From positions 75,826,001-75,890,000 of the forward strand of contig CM060732.1 in NCBI GenBank assembly GCA_030704615.1: a DNA stretch of 64,000 nucleotides, in the 5' to 3' direction. The notes under the pieces are model-generated. The model searched no databases. It saw only the letters and a list, made by a program, of their open reading frames with translations, and was not told the origin of the DNA. Shown in pieces: positions 34,221 to 48,585 of this stretch (positions within the stretch are counted from its first letter, which is position 1; each line of letters opens with the position of its first letter). Made by a program: the position numbers and the translations under genes. Source of the stretch: Takakia lepidozioides. Taxonomy: Eukaryota; Plantae; Bryophyta.

Positions 34221-34445
34221 GGCTGGTAGCTCGGCTAGTAAGTGCACAATGTGTCGCCCTGGTGAATCAGGGTTCAAACCTGCTGCCCTTCCCCGTGTGT
34301 GGGATTGTTCGTGATGTTATGTCTTGGCGTGATTCGGTCCTGTAGGTCTCCATGGCCCACAAATGAAAGGGGGTTAATTTTTCCCCCTCCTCAAGGGCCT
34401 AAATTGTGGGCTGTCGGTTTCTTTTAATAAAAAAAATAAAAAAAC
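34221..34445 (+). mobile_element. tRNA-derived SINE
   Basis: A-box-like TAGCTCGGCTAGTA, B box GGGTTCAAACC and an A-rich tail. Further copies at 29640-29830, 52950-53146 and a decayed inverted one at ~34560-34672. Confidence 0.8.
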
Positions 34446-35505
34446 AAGGAAATGTTTTTCTTAAACATGTCAAAAAGATACAAATTGTCGAACGGCTCAC
34501 AATTTTGGCAGGCCATTCTTAAATGTTAAGAAAAAATGTTAATTATTTTTATAAGCCATAAAGTGTACAGACGGGGAGGCTAAGAAACCATACCACACAC
34601 ATGAGAAGGTAGTATAATTTGAGCCCCAAACCATTCAGGTGACTCATTATGCACTATCCGATCGGCTGCCGGTATGTTTGAAAATGAACAATGCCTTTTT
34701 TAGTCTTATATATATATTATTTTTTAAAACATCACAATGAGGAAAGGGAAGGGGAAGGAGGAAGCTACTTTCTAGTTACAAAATACTAAAATGCATGCAT
34801 GCGTCACTTATTATTCTTGGCCTTGAACTATGGGACAGTATTATAAGTTATCCTTACTAGGATAACTTGTATTTAATTAGATTAGAGCAATAGAAATGGG
34901 TTAGAATATAAGCGATTGTTTAGTTGCAATAGCTAAACTGGGTGTACTAGTTTGCAGTGAGTTAAATGCATGTCACTGTGGTATATATTTTTCAGATAGG
35001 AAGAAGCCCTTGAACCAAATTAGGAAAAAGTAATCCAGCAAAGATTACAAAAGAAACAGGAGCTACCAACCACAAACCCTCACCAAGAGCGGTACTGCTC
35101 CCTTTCGGGGGTGGGCTCTACGACGATATATGACATTCTGTTGATGCAGGCAGTCGTTGCCATCTTTTGTAGCTTGGATAACACAAGTAGTTGACATTTT
35201 TGCGTTTGCAAACACTCCAACTGATGGTGAAATAACCATATGAATTGACTTAGTGATTGATAAATCAAACATGTTTTCAATAAATAGGTGTTATGTAATA
35301 TCGGGCTAGTTCCTTCAGGGCTTCATAGACTTGTTGTTCTCCTTGCCTTACCAACAGAGATAAGCAAAGCAACTCAAAAAACAGTTTCTCGCCACCATGA
35401 TAGGATTAAGTAAACCAATAGTGGAGCTAGCCATATACAAGGACAGATAAAGAGCCCGAGGGATTGGGCAATTTTTGAGTACTGTAACAAAGCATAGCCA
35501 TTCAA

Positions 35506-35541
<36 letters not shown>

Positions 35542-38500
35542 GTTACTATTGTCATGTCAAGACATGATATATTGGCTTGACTATACAAGATCAGTCCATA
35601 CAATTAATGACATCATCTGCCTGAAACATATCTCATCATACTATACACTCTCATTCCTTATTTTCTGCTTACTCTAGTCCGGGTGGGTGGCTGGGGGGAT
35701 ACCATCTAACCCACACTAAGAGAACTTTCTATGACAATGACAGTCCAACAATATAAATGTCATTTCAAATCCTTCCCAAGCCAAAGCCATAGGTATTAGA
35801 TGAAGTATTTCAAAGCTAGTATGGACATCAACATCATAGCAAAGAAAAACAACAATGATGCCAACATATACATTTCAAGTGGTTACCAAACTCTGTGCAG
35901 TATTTAAAAACCAAACGTCATTTACAGGCTTGGAAGAAGTCATTAGACAACAGCCACTCTAGCTATCAAGGCAAAGGTGAGGCCTTACCTGGTCCAATCA
36001 CAAGCACCCCACAAAACCAATAGGTTAACGACCCTTGTGGAACCCCATGTATACTGCATCACCTAGTTGTTATCCATGTCCATCATGAGAGACAAATGAG
36101 ATTGGAAGTGAAGTCCTAAATGACAAATTACAAAACATTGCAGTAGCAAATTAGCAAACAATTGCAAATGAAGTCATATGGAACATGTTTGCTTAGTCTT
36201 TCTACCTGGCTATTTCTTGAGGAAGAGGCCATTGTAGTCACTCTTCTCCTTCCTTCTTGCAAGAGCCTTCCTCCTTAGAGATGAACAGTCTGAGCTCTTC
36301 TTCTCTTTATCTCTACTCTTGAAGTAAGAAAGGTGCAGGGAAAGAGACCCAACTCATTAAGGACCATGGACCACCATCTATGACTTTGAAAAGCGAACTA
36401 GTAGGTGGTGGTATTTATTAGAGAGCCCAACCATTTAAGGAGGTCTCTTGCTGGTTATGACAAGTGCCCCATTCATTCTTAAAATCCAAAATCCTAATTA
36501 GGGATCTGCAAAGTTAGGTTTTATGCCCTCTGTTCATCCATTTCAACAAAAATTTGTTTTGCAAAAGTTTATGGGCAAGTCCAAACTAGATTGGAGAGAG
36601 AGAGAAAGCCGGCGTAACTAAGAGCCAATTCGCCTTACGGTTATGAGCGAGGGATACATAACTCACATCTTGGCCGGATAAACTAAATTGAAAGTCTCAC
36701 AACTACGTAATGATAAATAAGAAAACTAAGAGGCTAAAAAAGAAGCATCCAAGGACTCGATGTTGGAGTACCCAATCTCCTACGCCTACTTTACACCTAA
36801 GTGGTTCGAACTTGAGGTGTGTCTTAAAATTAAAATTGCGATTTTTTCTATGATGCCAATTAATGTCTTCGTCTATCTAGGGAAAGTCCATTATGGGGGA
36901 CCTCCAACCTCTTGGAGAGTGCTTATGATTGAGCAGATGATGCTTTGCCATTCTCTAGAGTCGAAATTGAGTCATAGTACGAGTTATTACAATGAAATAT
37001 ATTAATTAACTTTACATATATATAATAATTGTAAAGTAATTCTAAGGATATAAGGATAATGTTTTTAGTATTTTTTATGGGGAGTTGGAAATGTCGCCGG
37101 CTTCATGACGTTTATGTGACATCAGCACTTGGAATTGATGTCAAGACAATTTAAAAGCCATTTTCTACAACAGTTTCTACAATAATTTCTAATCTAGTTT
37201 CATTTTTTTCAATATCCTATGTCCAATCCACATCCTGAACCATTCGGGACCTCAATATCGGGCAGGGGAGCAACACAAATTTATGAAAAGTTCTTTCCCG
37301 GGCACCTTCTTTCTGGCCTTCTTTGTGGGCGCTGCCCGGCCATGACGTCGCCCGGGAAAAAGCTAGGGTTGCAGGCACCTCGCAAGATGCCAGTCACCCA
37401 TCGCGTGGTTTGTGTGAGGGATTCTGATGTTGCTGGTGACGTTGGGGAGATTTTGGGGGGATTTGTGTGAAGGGACTGGCTGTGCTTCCTGAAGTGGCGG
37501 TCGTGGAATCCACAGATTGAGTAGCAGCCCCACCAGCTTCTTGCTTTGCGTGCTGCCATTTTGTGCGTTGCTGATGGGCTCCATGTTGTAGGCTCTCTCT
37601 GGCTCTCTCAAGCTGTGAGATTGGTAAATTTCCATTTGAAGCTTTTCGTAGGCGGGAGTTTGTGTTTCAACACACCCACACACACATACACACACACTCT
37701 CTCTCTGGCTGGCTTTCAAGCTGCAAGTCTCTGAAATTGGTTGGCATTTTATAGTTTCACAAAGCGGGTCACACCGTTTACCTAGTTCCAAATTGGATGT
37801 CAGCGGCTGGACTTACAAATCAGGGTGGTGTCCTGGCTCCCGTGCCGAGTAGCTGTGGTCACAATCCTGCAAATGGCTGTCAAATTTCGTTGCAGCAACT
37901 GCAGGAGTCACGAACAGCAACTGCAGAAGTGATGTACAGTGAGTTCTTTAAGGCCAAAACTGCAACAGCCGTTGGAAATCTGAACGTCGGTCTGCGGGTA
38001 TCCTGATGATACCGCTTTTGTTGCTAGGAATGCACTTAGAAGGCGAAGTAACTAGATATGTGCGTGCAGGAGCTGAGGAAAGAATTCGAAAACAATGGAC
38101 CGCTTGGTCAGCAGTGAAGAGAAGGCCCACACGGGTACAAAATCTGCTCGATTAAAACGTGCGTGTACTTTTCCCTTGTACAATGTCTTGACAGCTGATA
38201 GGTGGAACCGTTTTCTATGTTACATGCTAGCATTTGACACTCTACAAGGTATGGAATCACCAGGCTGGTGTTGTAGAGTCTACCAGGAAATGCAGGTGCT
38301 GAATTTTCTCTACAGTGGATTTCTTAATTTTGCTGCATTGAGATTTTACAGTAAGGAGTAGTTCCAAGGAGAAGTCTTGTTTCAGAGATGTGCTTGTGGC
38401 GGTTGGTTGGAGCTGTCTTGTAACACTCGAGCTCTAGTAAGAACAATCTGGGAGCAAGGATATAATCGTCCGGTGTGATGCTCTGGTATTTGATGAACTG

Positions 38501-38777
38501 GGGTTGTTGGTTAATGTATTATGGCTTCGCGGTAGCCCCTTAGAGTATGGCAGGAAAGTAGGCAGCCCTTTGCCCATTTAGCCCTGCTGTGAAGAGCGGA
38601 GGCGTTTGAATTCAGCTACCTATCAGAATGGGATGGAAGAAAAGGGCCCTGGAGACGCGGGAATGGAGCAGGAAGGGCCTATAGTCGTAAATCAAGCTTT
38701 TGACTAACTCGTTGGTGATGAAAAGTTTGTTTAAAGGGGGCATCTATTTAACTCGTCAGAGATCATTCAAATTAACA

Positions 38778-41700
38778 ATGGCTATGGCAATTGGATGGGC
38801 AGGCGACGAGTTTTTTGATGCCTCTCAGTATGCTTTTTTTGGGAGAGGTGGGAGTGAAGAAGTTGAGCTTGGGGGCTTAGACGAGGATGATGGAGGAGAG
38901 CAACTTGAAGATGGGGATGATGCTGTCTCCAACCCGGGTGAGGGGGATGAGGTCAGTGTCTAGATCCTGACCACTTATGCTATGTTCATCACTTGCAACC
39001 CTCTTTACCTGGTTGACCTCTCTCCCGGCAGATATCCTGTCTCTGCTGGAAAGGCTTCTGGACTGGGAAATGTGATACTCATCGGTCCATCAGACAAGGG
39101 ATATGTTGCATGTTTGGCGGGGAGATTTGGGGTTGCAGGATTCACTTATTAATATTTCCTTGCATACCATACCTCTGTAACTGTGGCATCTGGTTACACG
39201 AACTCCTAGTAGTTAGCATATGGATATGAGTGATGTAAGCTGCTGAACAAAGTTGCTGGCTTGACAGACTGAGCCTCCTGAGGCAGTACCTGAGTGGGAC
39301 GTGGCTGAGCTTGCTTCCTCCTTCTCCAAGGTAAATTGTTCGCGTATTTGGGCTGTTATGTATTTTCTGGTTTGCCCCTCAGTATTGGAGTGCTTACTAG
39401 ACTGCTGCTTGCGGCCTTTTGTGTGTGTTTATATTCATGGGTTGTTTTGTTGGTAAATTCACCCAAGGCCTGTGTCAGTGATTGTCGACAGAAGTTGGTG
39501 TTACCTATGCACTGGCACTGAATTTTCTGTATTGTCACTCTGTATGTGCTCTTTTCTCGTTTGCAGCTTAACAAGATAACGCCCAGGAAAGAAGGAGCTC
39601 ACAGTGGGTTGGAAGGGGGGGTCCCCCCAATAAACAGAGAGGGTATGGAATGTCCAGTTATACCATGGTTGAGCAAACTTAGGAAAACTAGAGTGTACAT
39701 TTAATTTGCCCTCACTTTTACATTGCTGAGTATGCCAGAATGTATTTCCACTGCAGATTCCATCTTACTTCAGGTGTGCAGAAAAAACAACTGGACTATA
39801 ACCTAAACTGCCATTGTTCATGTTGTCAGTTGCAGCATCACCAGATTGGCTGTACGAGGGTGGGGCTCCCCCTACCTGGCTCGACCGTCCAATTGTGGAC
39901 AAAGAAGTTGAGAGTGGAGCTAGGAAATGGTGGCCTAATCATCAGCATCAGTCTGTGCATGGGATTGACTTTGAAGGTCCTCCCTTGGGGCCTCCACCCT
40001 CTCAGCAGCTCTCACAATCACAACAGCGCTGGTGGGGTGGGGAGCTGGGTTCAAGCCACCTGTCCACAACCCCTCCTGTGCCTGGGATGTACTTGCCTCC
40101 TTCAGTGAGACAAACACACCAGGTATTTAGGCCAGATCATCCTTATCGTTTTGTTGAGCGAGGATGTTGCAGAATTCATCTTGAAGTTTAAAGGCCATAA
40201 TAACCTAGCTGGTGGATGACAGTTTCAAGGTCCAAAATCAACTATTATGTCCCAACGAGCTGACTTCTGTTTGTATAATTGTTAGTGCTGAGTCTACTAG
40301 TGACATTATCAACCTCATACAGAGAAATACCTGCAACAAAGTTCGTGCTGTGAATTTTTCCAGGGACAGCGAGGAATGGCACCGGTGCCTCCGGGGCCGC
40401 AGTCAGGCCAGTACCGGCATCCTTTGCCAGGGCCTCCAGGGCCTCTCACACACTCCCACATGGGTGGGGGTGTTTTGCCATCCCTCATGACATATGGTCC
40501 AGGCCAACCTCCCTTTGTGACTTCAGGACCTCTTCTGCCTCCCATACAACCACAACAGGGCCCATGGCTTCACCGATCAGGTGGGGGTGTGGGGTCAGTG
40601 GGCAACTCAATGCCTCAGCAAATGCCCCTCATGCCTCCACAAGTCATGCTGCAGTTCCAAAGACCTCAGCCGCCTCCATTGCACTCTAATCCCCCTCAAC
40701 CATACGGGCAAATTCCAGCTCACCCAATGCATGGTTCGCCCCCTCCAACAGTGCCACTCTTAATGCAGAAGCTGAATGAGAATTTGATGGCTGGTGAGTT
40801 TAGGGATCAACGCTATGACCCCCAGTATCGAACCAGGCCACATCAACGTTACCACCAGCAAGCCTCATCGCCTGATGGAGGCCTTGCAGGTAGGGAACAG
40901 TGCTCAGCTTAAGTCACGGATTCCTAGAGTTTAGTGATATGCATGCATCTTAGATAGGCTCTAGTGCCCATGTCCTTGCTATCTCATTAACAATATTTCT
41001 ACATGGGAGATAGGTAACAGAGCAGCACAAATCTGGAGTGTGAAGCTTGGCTGCCTAGGTCTTGTTTCTGGTGGGGGTTGTATTTCTTGGGCTGGGCATA
41101 TGGTGGAATGCAAGTGAGCAAATGGCATGTGCTGGGGGTTCCTAACCGTGACTGCCATGGAAGGCTGGTGAGCAGTTATTGTTTGATAACACTATAGTGG
41201 ACCTTTTCTTTGACGTGATGAGAACAAGGGGTTTTGTTGTGATTGGTTGAGCATTGCAAATTGCAAAAAATGTTATCGGAGAAAATGGCAGATAGGGTTC
41301 TGATGTGGGTTTCCACTATCATTCATGTTTTGCAGGAAGGGGAAGCCACAATGCATGGCAGCCACTACGATCCAAGTACATGACAGCAGAAGAGATTGAG
41401 AACATCGTGCGCATTCAGTGGGCTGCCACACACGGCACTGACCCCTACATTGATGACTATTACCACCAAGCTGTGCAAGCCAAGGTTGCCAGTGGTACCC
41501 CTCATGGACGACGCCACTTCGCTCCATCCCACCTTCGGGATATTCCTTCGCATGCACGGGCAGCTGCGGAACCGCACGCATTTCTCCAAGTTGATGCATT
41601 GGGAAGGGTTCCATTTTCGTCCATCCGAAGGCCTCGACCCCTGTTGGAGGTTGAACCACCAGGGTTGGATGGCATGGGAACGTTAGAGGACAATGGGAAT

Positions 41701-42711
41701 GGGGACATTGGTGTGGAAGCCATGGCACCTCAGAGGCCTTTAGAACAAGAACCCATGCTGGCAGCGCGGATTGCAATTGAAGATGGTCTGTGCCTTCTCC
41801 TTGATGTTGATGACATTGATCGGTTTCTGGCTATTTCTCAAACTCATGATGGAGGTGCCCAATTGCGACGAAAGCGACAGATGCTACTGGATGGCTTGGC
41901 AGCATCTCTTCAGTTAGCAGACCCACTTGGAAACACTGCAGATCTTGGCAACCGCATTTTGAATGGTCGTTTTGTGGGGTTAGGTCTAGGTCCTAAGGAT
42001 GACCTGGTTTTTCTGCGCTTGGTGTCCCTTCCCAAGGGTCGCAAGCTGCTCACACGTTATCTCCAGTTGCTGACGCCCGGGAGTGAACTGGTACCAGTTG
42101 TGTGCATGGCAGTCTTCCGGCACTTGCGGTTCTTGTTTGGGGGCCTCCAGTCTGATGCTAGGACCACAGCGACCAGCACAGGGCTGGCCAATGCGGTGGC
42201 TCTTTCAGTGTTGACTATGGACCTGCCTTCCTTGAGTGCCTGTTTGCTCTCTGTGGTGTTGGCACCAGAGCAAGCGCCACTACGCCCCATGGGCAGCCCA
42301 GCAGGGGATGGTGCCACTGTTATATTGCGTGCGGTTTTAGAGCGAGCAAACATATTGAGGAGGGATCGAACTGCCCTATATCTTCCCCAGAACCTCAATC
42401 TCTGGCAACAGGCCTTTGATGCATTTTTTGCGTTACTGACCGAGTTCTGTACCAACAAGTACGAAAGTGTTATGCATTTACTAACAATGTCGTACCCTGG
42501 CAACATCCCTGCCATCCATGCTGCAGCGGATGAGGCCTTGAAAAAAGAAATTCCAGTTGAACTTTTGCAGGCTACGCTGCCGCATACAAGTGAGCAGCAG
42601 CGTAAGCTACTGTATAACCTGATTACCAACCGAGCGGGGGCAATAAGCGGGCTCCCTCCTGGTGCTAGCACTGACAGCCATTCCAGTAGTACTGCTACTG
42701 TACGAGGTTGA
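38778..42711 (+). CDS. PAT1: PAT1 homolog (mRNA decapping activator); start codon uncertain (38633 or 38778)
   Basis: N-terminal FFDASQYAFFG...EVELGGLDE, Pro-rich middle exons, and a last exon 41336-42711 with RSKYMTAEEIENIVRIQWAATHGTDPYIDDYYHQA, LGRVPFSSIRRPRPLLEV and PLEQEPMLAARIAIEDGLCLLLDVDDIDRFL. Internal exons at about 39269-39330, 39568-39642, 39830-40122 and 40364-40889. Confidence 0.92.
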
Positions 42712-44278
42712 TCCCTGTTGTTAGCCTTGGAAGGTTTTCAGTCTGTAAAGATAGGAAAAGTTGAAATCACTGTGTTCTTTGGGACAGACACACAGAGAAA
42801 GATATGCAAGGATGAGGGAATGGGGGTACATTTTCAATCTCTGGGTGGCAGCCATTGGTGGGTTCAATAAGATGGAGAGTGCTGCAAATGGGCACACTCG
42901 TACCGTAAGACCCTTTAGCCTCGTTCATGAAGCCAGTGCAGTTTATCTGTTTTGGTGCATACAGTCCAGGCAGATACCTAGATACACATTTTCATACACA
43001 CACATACACTGACCATCCCTTTGCTGGTTATGCCTTGTGAATTTTGACAGAACGCCAGGGTCCTCATATTGTGTACTTGTAGGTGGAAATCCAGACCACA
43101 GTATCATTTACACCATGACTTTGTCACATACCCTAGTCATAGACCTAGATTAGATAGTCTGCTAGTTACTTGCTTGCTATTAGCATTGGTGCTTCCTTTG
43201 TTAGTTGGGTTTAAAACAGAAGGTCCATACAGGTGATAATTACATGGGTCACTTTTACTCGTGACTGAAGAATTCGTCGATCTTTTTACTTTGTAAATGT
43301 CCATATTCATATTGTATCAAAACTTTTGTACAATTGCCTTTGGCTCTCTGCCCAGTGTCTGGGTGTTCTATCCTGACAAGTCACAACAATAGACCAATTC
43401 TGGAATGCCCAATTTTCAGTATGGTTGTCTGCCTTTCCTGCTTTGTTTCTCCACTGACAGGGGGTGCTGAGGACAATAGTGTTAAGTGGGGCACTTTTCC
43501 TGTGGAGTATTTTGAATTGCGGATACAGGATGCTGCTACCTATCGCAGACGGGCATGTTTGGGTGTAGATTCACAGATTGACAAATTGTCAACCTAATTA
43601 CCACCACTGTCAAGCAATCTGTGCTACACAAGGATCCAATAGTTGTTCAACTAACTTCACTGAGTGATGCAAGAGTTGGAAATCAATTCAGCATGATCTT
43701 TTTGATATACGACCTAATGTGCCATTTCTTCACCAGTGGCATGCCAACCGGAGTTAGCCTACATAAGCTCTACCCCTTGGAGGGCCTCCTTTTTGGGGGT
43801 GGGTACCTATAGAATGAAAAGTTGACCACTTTCAATCTTCAGTTTGTTGAGAATGAGTGTTGTAAGACGTCCGATAGTAGTAAATCAACTAATCATAGAT
43901 CACAATACTATTGCACAATTTCAAACGCAATTAGGAATACACATGGACAAAAACCCAATTTGTGAGCGGTATATAGATCACAGTTACCAAAACCATATAT
44001 ATATTAACTATATACATATTGAATAACTGCAAATACCAAGAGGAAGTGAGCAAGATCTAGAAGAGAGAGAGATATACCAAAACTATTAAACAAATGCAAA
44101 AAGCTCGAGGAAATGAGCAAGATCTAGAAGAGAGAGAGAGAGTTACCAAAACTATATTTGAGCAACAAAGACCCCTAGGAAGCAAGCAAAATGAAGTGAG
44201 ATAGGATAGAAAACTGCATCCTTATATATAGTTTGTCTCAAGTGTTTCTTTCTACTCTTTTGCATGTCAAATTAGCGC

Positions 44279-46437
44279 TTTTTCTTTTTCTTTTTTTTAG
44301 GGAAACAGGGACGGCGGCCCTGGACTTGATTTTTATTAAGATTATTGAAGGAAAAAAATTTTTTTTTAAAAAAAAATCATTGGTTGGCACGTAGCCGCCA
44401 TGAGGCCTAACACACGTTATTCGTGACGGATACCCCGAAGAGCAGGACGATTAGCAGAGCTAAGCAAGGAGAGTCTGGGTCCCTGAAGAGACGTAGACTA
44501 CTGACTTTAACAAGAATAATACAACCTAGAGATGCTTCCTAGGTTAGATGCGCAACAGACTATGAAGCAGGAAGCTATGAGTCTGAATGATCCCGGAGGA
44601 ATGAAGAGCTCCGATTTAACTTAACTAGAACCTGGAGATGATATTCAGGAATAGCCCTTGCAGAGGCATTTATGGAAGGTAGGAAAGCTTGGTCTTCATG
44701 GAGGCCCTCACGTGCTTCCAGTTGATGTCTGTTTTGTCAAACTCTGGGGAAGCGGAAGAGGAGGGCTCACTTTCCCCTCCATTGAGGAGGGATCTACCTA
44801 GGCCAGACGCATGAGTCAGGTCCCGAGCAGGAGCAGATGATGCCCCCTCTCCCCTAGGTGGAATTGAACTGCTGCAGGAGAGCCTGTTCTCGTTCTGGTT
44901 TCCTGGCAATGCCTGCACAGACTTTATTCCAAGCCAGCTTAGCTGCCACGGTGAGTTCAAAGAAGATTCTTGTTAGCACAGCAGTTGCAGTTGAGTTCAG
45001 ACGTTGCATAGACCAGGTGCTTCTAGCTTTTCATAATTGCCAGAGAGCGGCACCTCGTAGGGCTTAATAAACTGGGCAACCGCATGCTATCGATTTTGAT
45101 TGTTTGTTGTAGTTGAGGGGCAACTCCACCCTGCCTATAGGGATAGGGCCCCAGCCTGAGTAGAAGGAGGCAATATATGGCCAAATGAGGGCTGGCCCCT
45201 GACAGGATATGAGACAGTGCTCCAGGGTTTCCACAGTGCCAATGTGGTAGCAGGTGCAGAGTAGGGCCTCTTGGAAGTTTAGAAATTGCCCCACCTTCAG
45301 CACCCAGTTGGTGATCTGCCAAAGGAAAGCACTGAGCTTTGCTGGTTTTGTTTTCTCCCAAACAAGGCCCCATGTAATGTCCCAATTCTCTTCATGAAAG
45401 CTCTCCAATCCCCATTTGTCATTCCATTTGGCTGTGAGAGCCACAACATTGTTAAGGGATCTGTATGTTTTTTTGGTTGAGTAGGAGAAGAACTTGGAGT
45501 GAGCCGCATCCAGGTTCCATTCCCACTCACTGGGTCTATCTGAAGATCCTGGATCTGCCCCCCTCCTATGCAGGCGAAGTTACTGGCTTGTATCCAGTGC
45601 ATTATTGGTTTATCTATGGGGGCAGAAGGGTTGAATTCTTTGCCCTTGCTGGACCAAAGACAGATTCTAACAGGACAGGCCTGTGACATGTCTAGGGACT
45701 GGGGCTAGCTGGAGAATAGTGTAAGGAAGCCCGAGAAGGTGTCTGCAAGGAACCCATAGCCTGAAAGCGAGGTCTGCATGGCTACTCTAGTGAGTGCTCA
45801 GCAGGGGGGAGCTAAAGGCAATGTTATCTCCACCAGCAGCTTCCACCATCCGCCTTCTGGTCCCAGAAATCTGGGCAGCCATTTGCCTAGCAGATCTTGG
45901 ATCTGCATTTCTGGGTCCAAGACCCCCAGTCCCCCCTTTTTTTTGGGGAGGCATATTTGTCTGGGGTCTTTTGTTCTGTGTTGAACTGTTTGCCCCCCAG
46001 ATGAAGTTCCTCACACACCTTTTGACCTCGTTTATGAACTCAGAATCCGGCCCCCAAGTAGAGGCAAAGAACCAGATGTTTGCCTCAAGCACTTGGTTTG
46101 CCACCAGAGCTCTTCCTGTAATGGAAAGGAAGCGGGATCCCCAGTAGGCCAATTTTCTTTTGAGCATAGATAGAATGGGCCCCATTCTTTGGCTTTCTGT
46201 AAGGTCTTTCCCAAAGGCATATCCCATGAGTGTTGTTGTTTCACCAGATGCCAGCCAGACCAGACTAAATTCTTCGCCCCAAGATGGGGTATCGCCAATT
46301 TCCAATTGAGTGAGGTCACCCACCAGGATGGCCTTGGTTTTACTCCAATTGACCCTGAAGCCAGAGACATCCCAGAGCTAAGCCAATGGATCTTGGGCAG
46401 CCTGAAGGGTGTTGGGGTTGGCATCCAATAGCAACAA
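44279..46437 (-). mobile_element. 5'-truncated L1-clade LINE (RT thumb region and C-terminal CCHC), decayed
   Basis: SGFRVNWSKT, KLAYWGSRFLSITGRALVANQVLEANIWF, KKGG(L)G, FLWQI...CTCYHIGTVETLEHCLISC; poly-T at 44279-44298 is the poly-A tail. Confidence 0.85.
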
Positions 46438-47077
46438 CGACGCAATGGCGTGAGCGCGTGAGCGTACGCTCACGCAGGAGTGACGTGGCGTGAGTGTACG
46501 CTCACGCCAGCTGACATGGCGTGAGCGTCATGTCAGCTGGCTGATGTGGCGGCAAATGATGACGTGGCATTGCGTCGTCATCTGCCACATCAGCATTAAC
46601 ATGCGTCGCCTATAACCGAGGATGGTCCTATGACCGTGGGATTATTGCAAGGAATCCTTGGCTGAATACAATCAAGACTACCATGAGGCCTACAATTGTA
46701 GCATCCAACATTGTGCAATTACAAATGTTTCTTTCACTTTTACAATTACGAGGACGAGAAAATATCCTCACAAAGTGTGCGCCATAGAGGCTGCCACGGG
46801 AAGACCTTGCTCCCTCCCCAAATAACAATGAGAGTTAGGATCATCTTCAAAAGATGATTACTGCGCATAACGACAGGAAGACATGTAGACTTCGAACGGT
46901 GCAATGATGCATGTGCTTATAAAAGTTGCCACTCAGACCTCACTCAGTATAGTTGGAAGCATAATGGAGGGATAAGGGACGCCATATCATTGCACCGCCG
47001 ACGATGTTGCAAACGAATTGATTTGAATTTCACATTTCATAGCATGGTCGTCCACATACCACATTGCATAGTTGATG

Positions 47078-48585
47078 CTACCAATGTATTGTATCCCGCT
47101 GCAATAGAGTATCGACCTCGTTGAAACTCAGAGTGGCCGAAGTTGTCATGTTTGGGATCGCAAACCATCCTTTCAAAAATATGAAATACAAATGTTTGCA
47201 CGGTATGAATTTACCTCTCTTGCCCAAACTGGTTGATAGCATGTTCACAAAATCAGGATATGTGCAATTGGGGAAATTGGAAACCGTGATGTCGTAGGCC
47301 CTGTCATGAACAGCAGATGTCGAAGTGATCATTGTGTACACCCGACCATATCCTGGATCGGGCACTTCCGTGGTGCTTGCAACAAGAGCTTGGAGCATTC
47401 TTGCGGACTCCACTTTGCCAAAGTGTTCAGCGGTTGGAGGGAAACGCCAAACGAGCTTTCCATCTCGTTTGGTTGGCCACAAGTGAGGATTTGCAGAAGG
47501 GACCCAAGAGGACGCAAAAGTAGTAGCACATGCATGCAGTTGGGGTTGTCTCGCAAGGGAAAAGTCTGCCTCCTCCAGCATTGCAATCTCCTGACTTGTG
47601 AGATGTGTTCCCACCTTGACGGGCCAAATGGTTGGAGGAGCTAGCTTCATCATCACTGAAGGACGCACAGTTCTATGCACACTTCTGCCACAATCATCTG
47701 CGCAGAACCAGAACTTGTGGTTCTTGGCTTCTGGTTGACCGTATGGACGCATCAAACCCGTGAAAGTCGGAGCAGGAGTCCGGGCACCACCTCTGGATAT
47801 AGATGAAAATTAGTTGCCCTGATCGCTGTACATTTCACACGAGACCCTGCACTTGTGCGTTCTATGTGTGGTCCAGGCACTCAAGCACATCAAGGGGGTT
47901 GTTTCTCTCCTGCACCATTTCAGTGGCATTGTTTGATGTTGGAGCCTGCCGTCATGTTGGAGGTTCCGGACATGGATCTGTCATGCAGGGGAACACGAGG
48001 CTTCGAGAAGTTATCACGGTCTGCCCTATGCGAATCGGAATCCAAACCAGGTGGAGTGTTCAATTTCCTCTTACACGAGCCGAATCTCTCCTCCCCTTCA
48101 AGATGTGGAACTCTTGAAACAAGTGGCGTTCCCTGGGCATACATGCTCACCGCCCGTGCTATCTTGCTTGGATCCCCAGATCTGTTTGCAACACGCAACA
48201 TCAACTCCAATTTGTCCGAACCCTTGCCACCAACCCCACCTCGCAAGAAATCACGGTATCGGGTTTGTTGTTGCAAGGCACGTATCAAATCATCTGTTGT
48301 TGCCACATGACTTAGTTGCTGCCTGTAGCCCCGATTTTGGCCTGCTTTGCTCCTGGTTTGAGGTGCTACAGCTTCTATTTGACTTAAAGTTTTGCTGCCA
48401 TTGGTGGGGCATCTCAGCTTGTCAGGCCTGTCTCTTGAAGCTCTACATCCGAACCTTACCCGGTCTTGTGATCCTTGACAGCAGTGCCTGTGGGTTACTA
48501 AAGCTAGGATATATGGCCTTAAAGAGGATCTTTGTTTTATGGGTAAGGATTCAGTTGCTTTTGGGTTATGTGGACAATGAGGCCT
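47078..48585 (-). pseudogene. SWIM zinc-finger transposon-associated protein, frameshifted and 5'-interrupted by CACTA copy 2
   Basis: HLEGEERFGSCKRKLNTPPGLDSDSHR, FWFCADD, IWPVKVGTHLT and the SWIM motif NCTYPDF...FIPCKHLYF (second Cys replaced by Tyr). Confidence 0.75.

Noticed and set aside
34225-34300. tRNA gene
   Set aside because: A and B boxes are present but there is no cloverleaf; the body continues to an A-rich tail, so it is a SINE.
34700-37200. Possible LTR or retroelement remnants (also 43600-44250)
   Set aside because: No paired LTRs, PBS or identifiable domains could be supported by eye.
42057-42671. Long antisense ORFs over PAT1, the PPR genes and the LINEs
   Set aside because: They are shadow frames of real coding sequence on the other strand.
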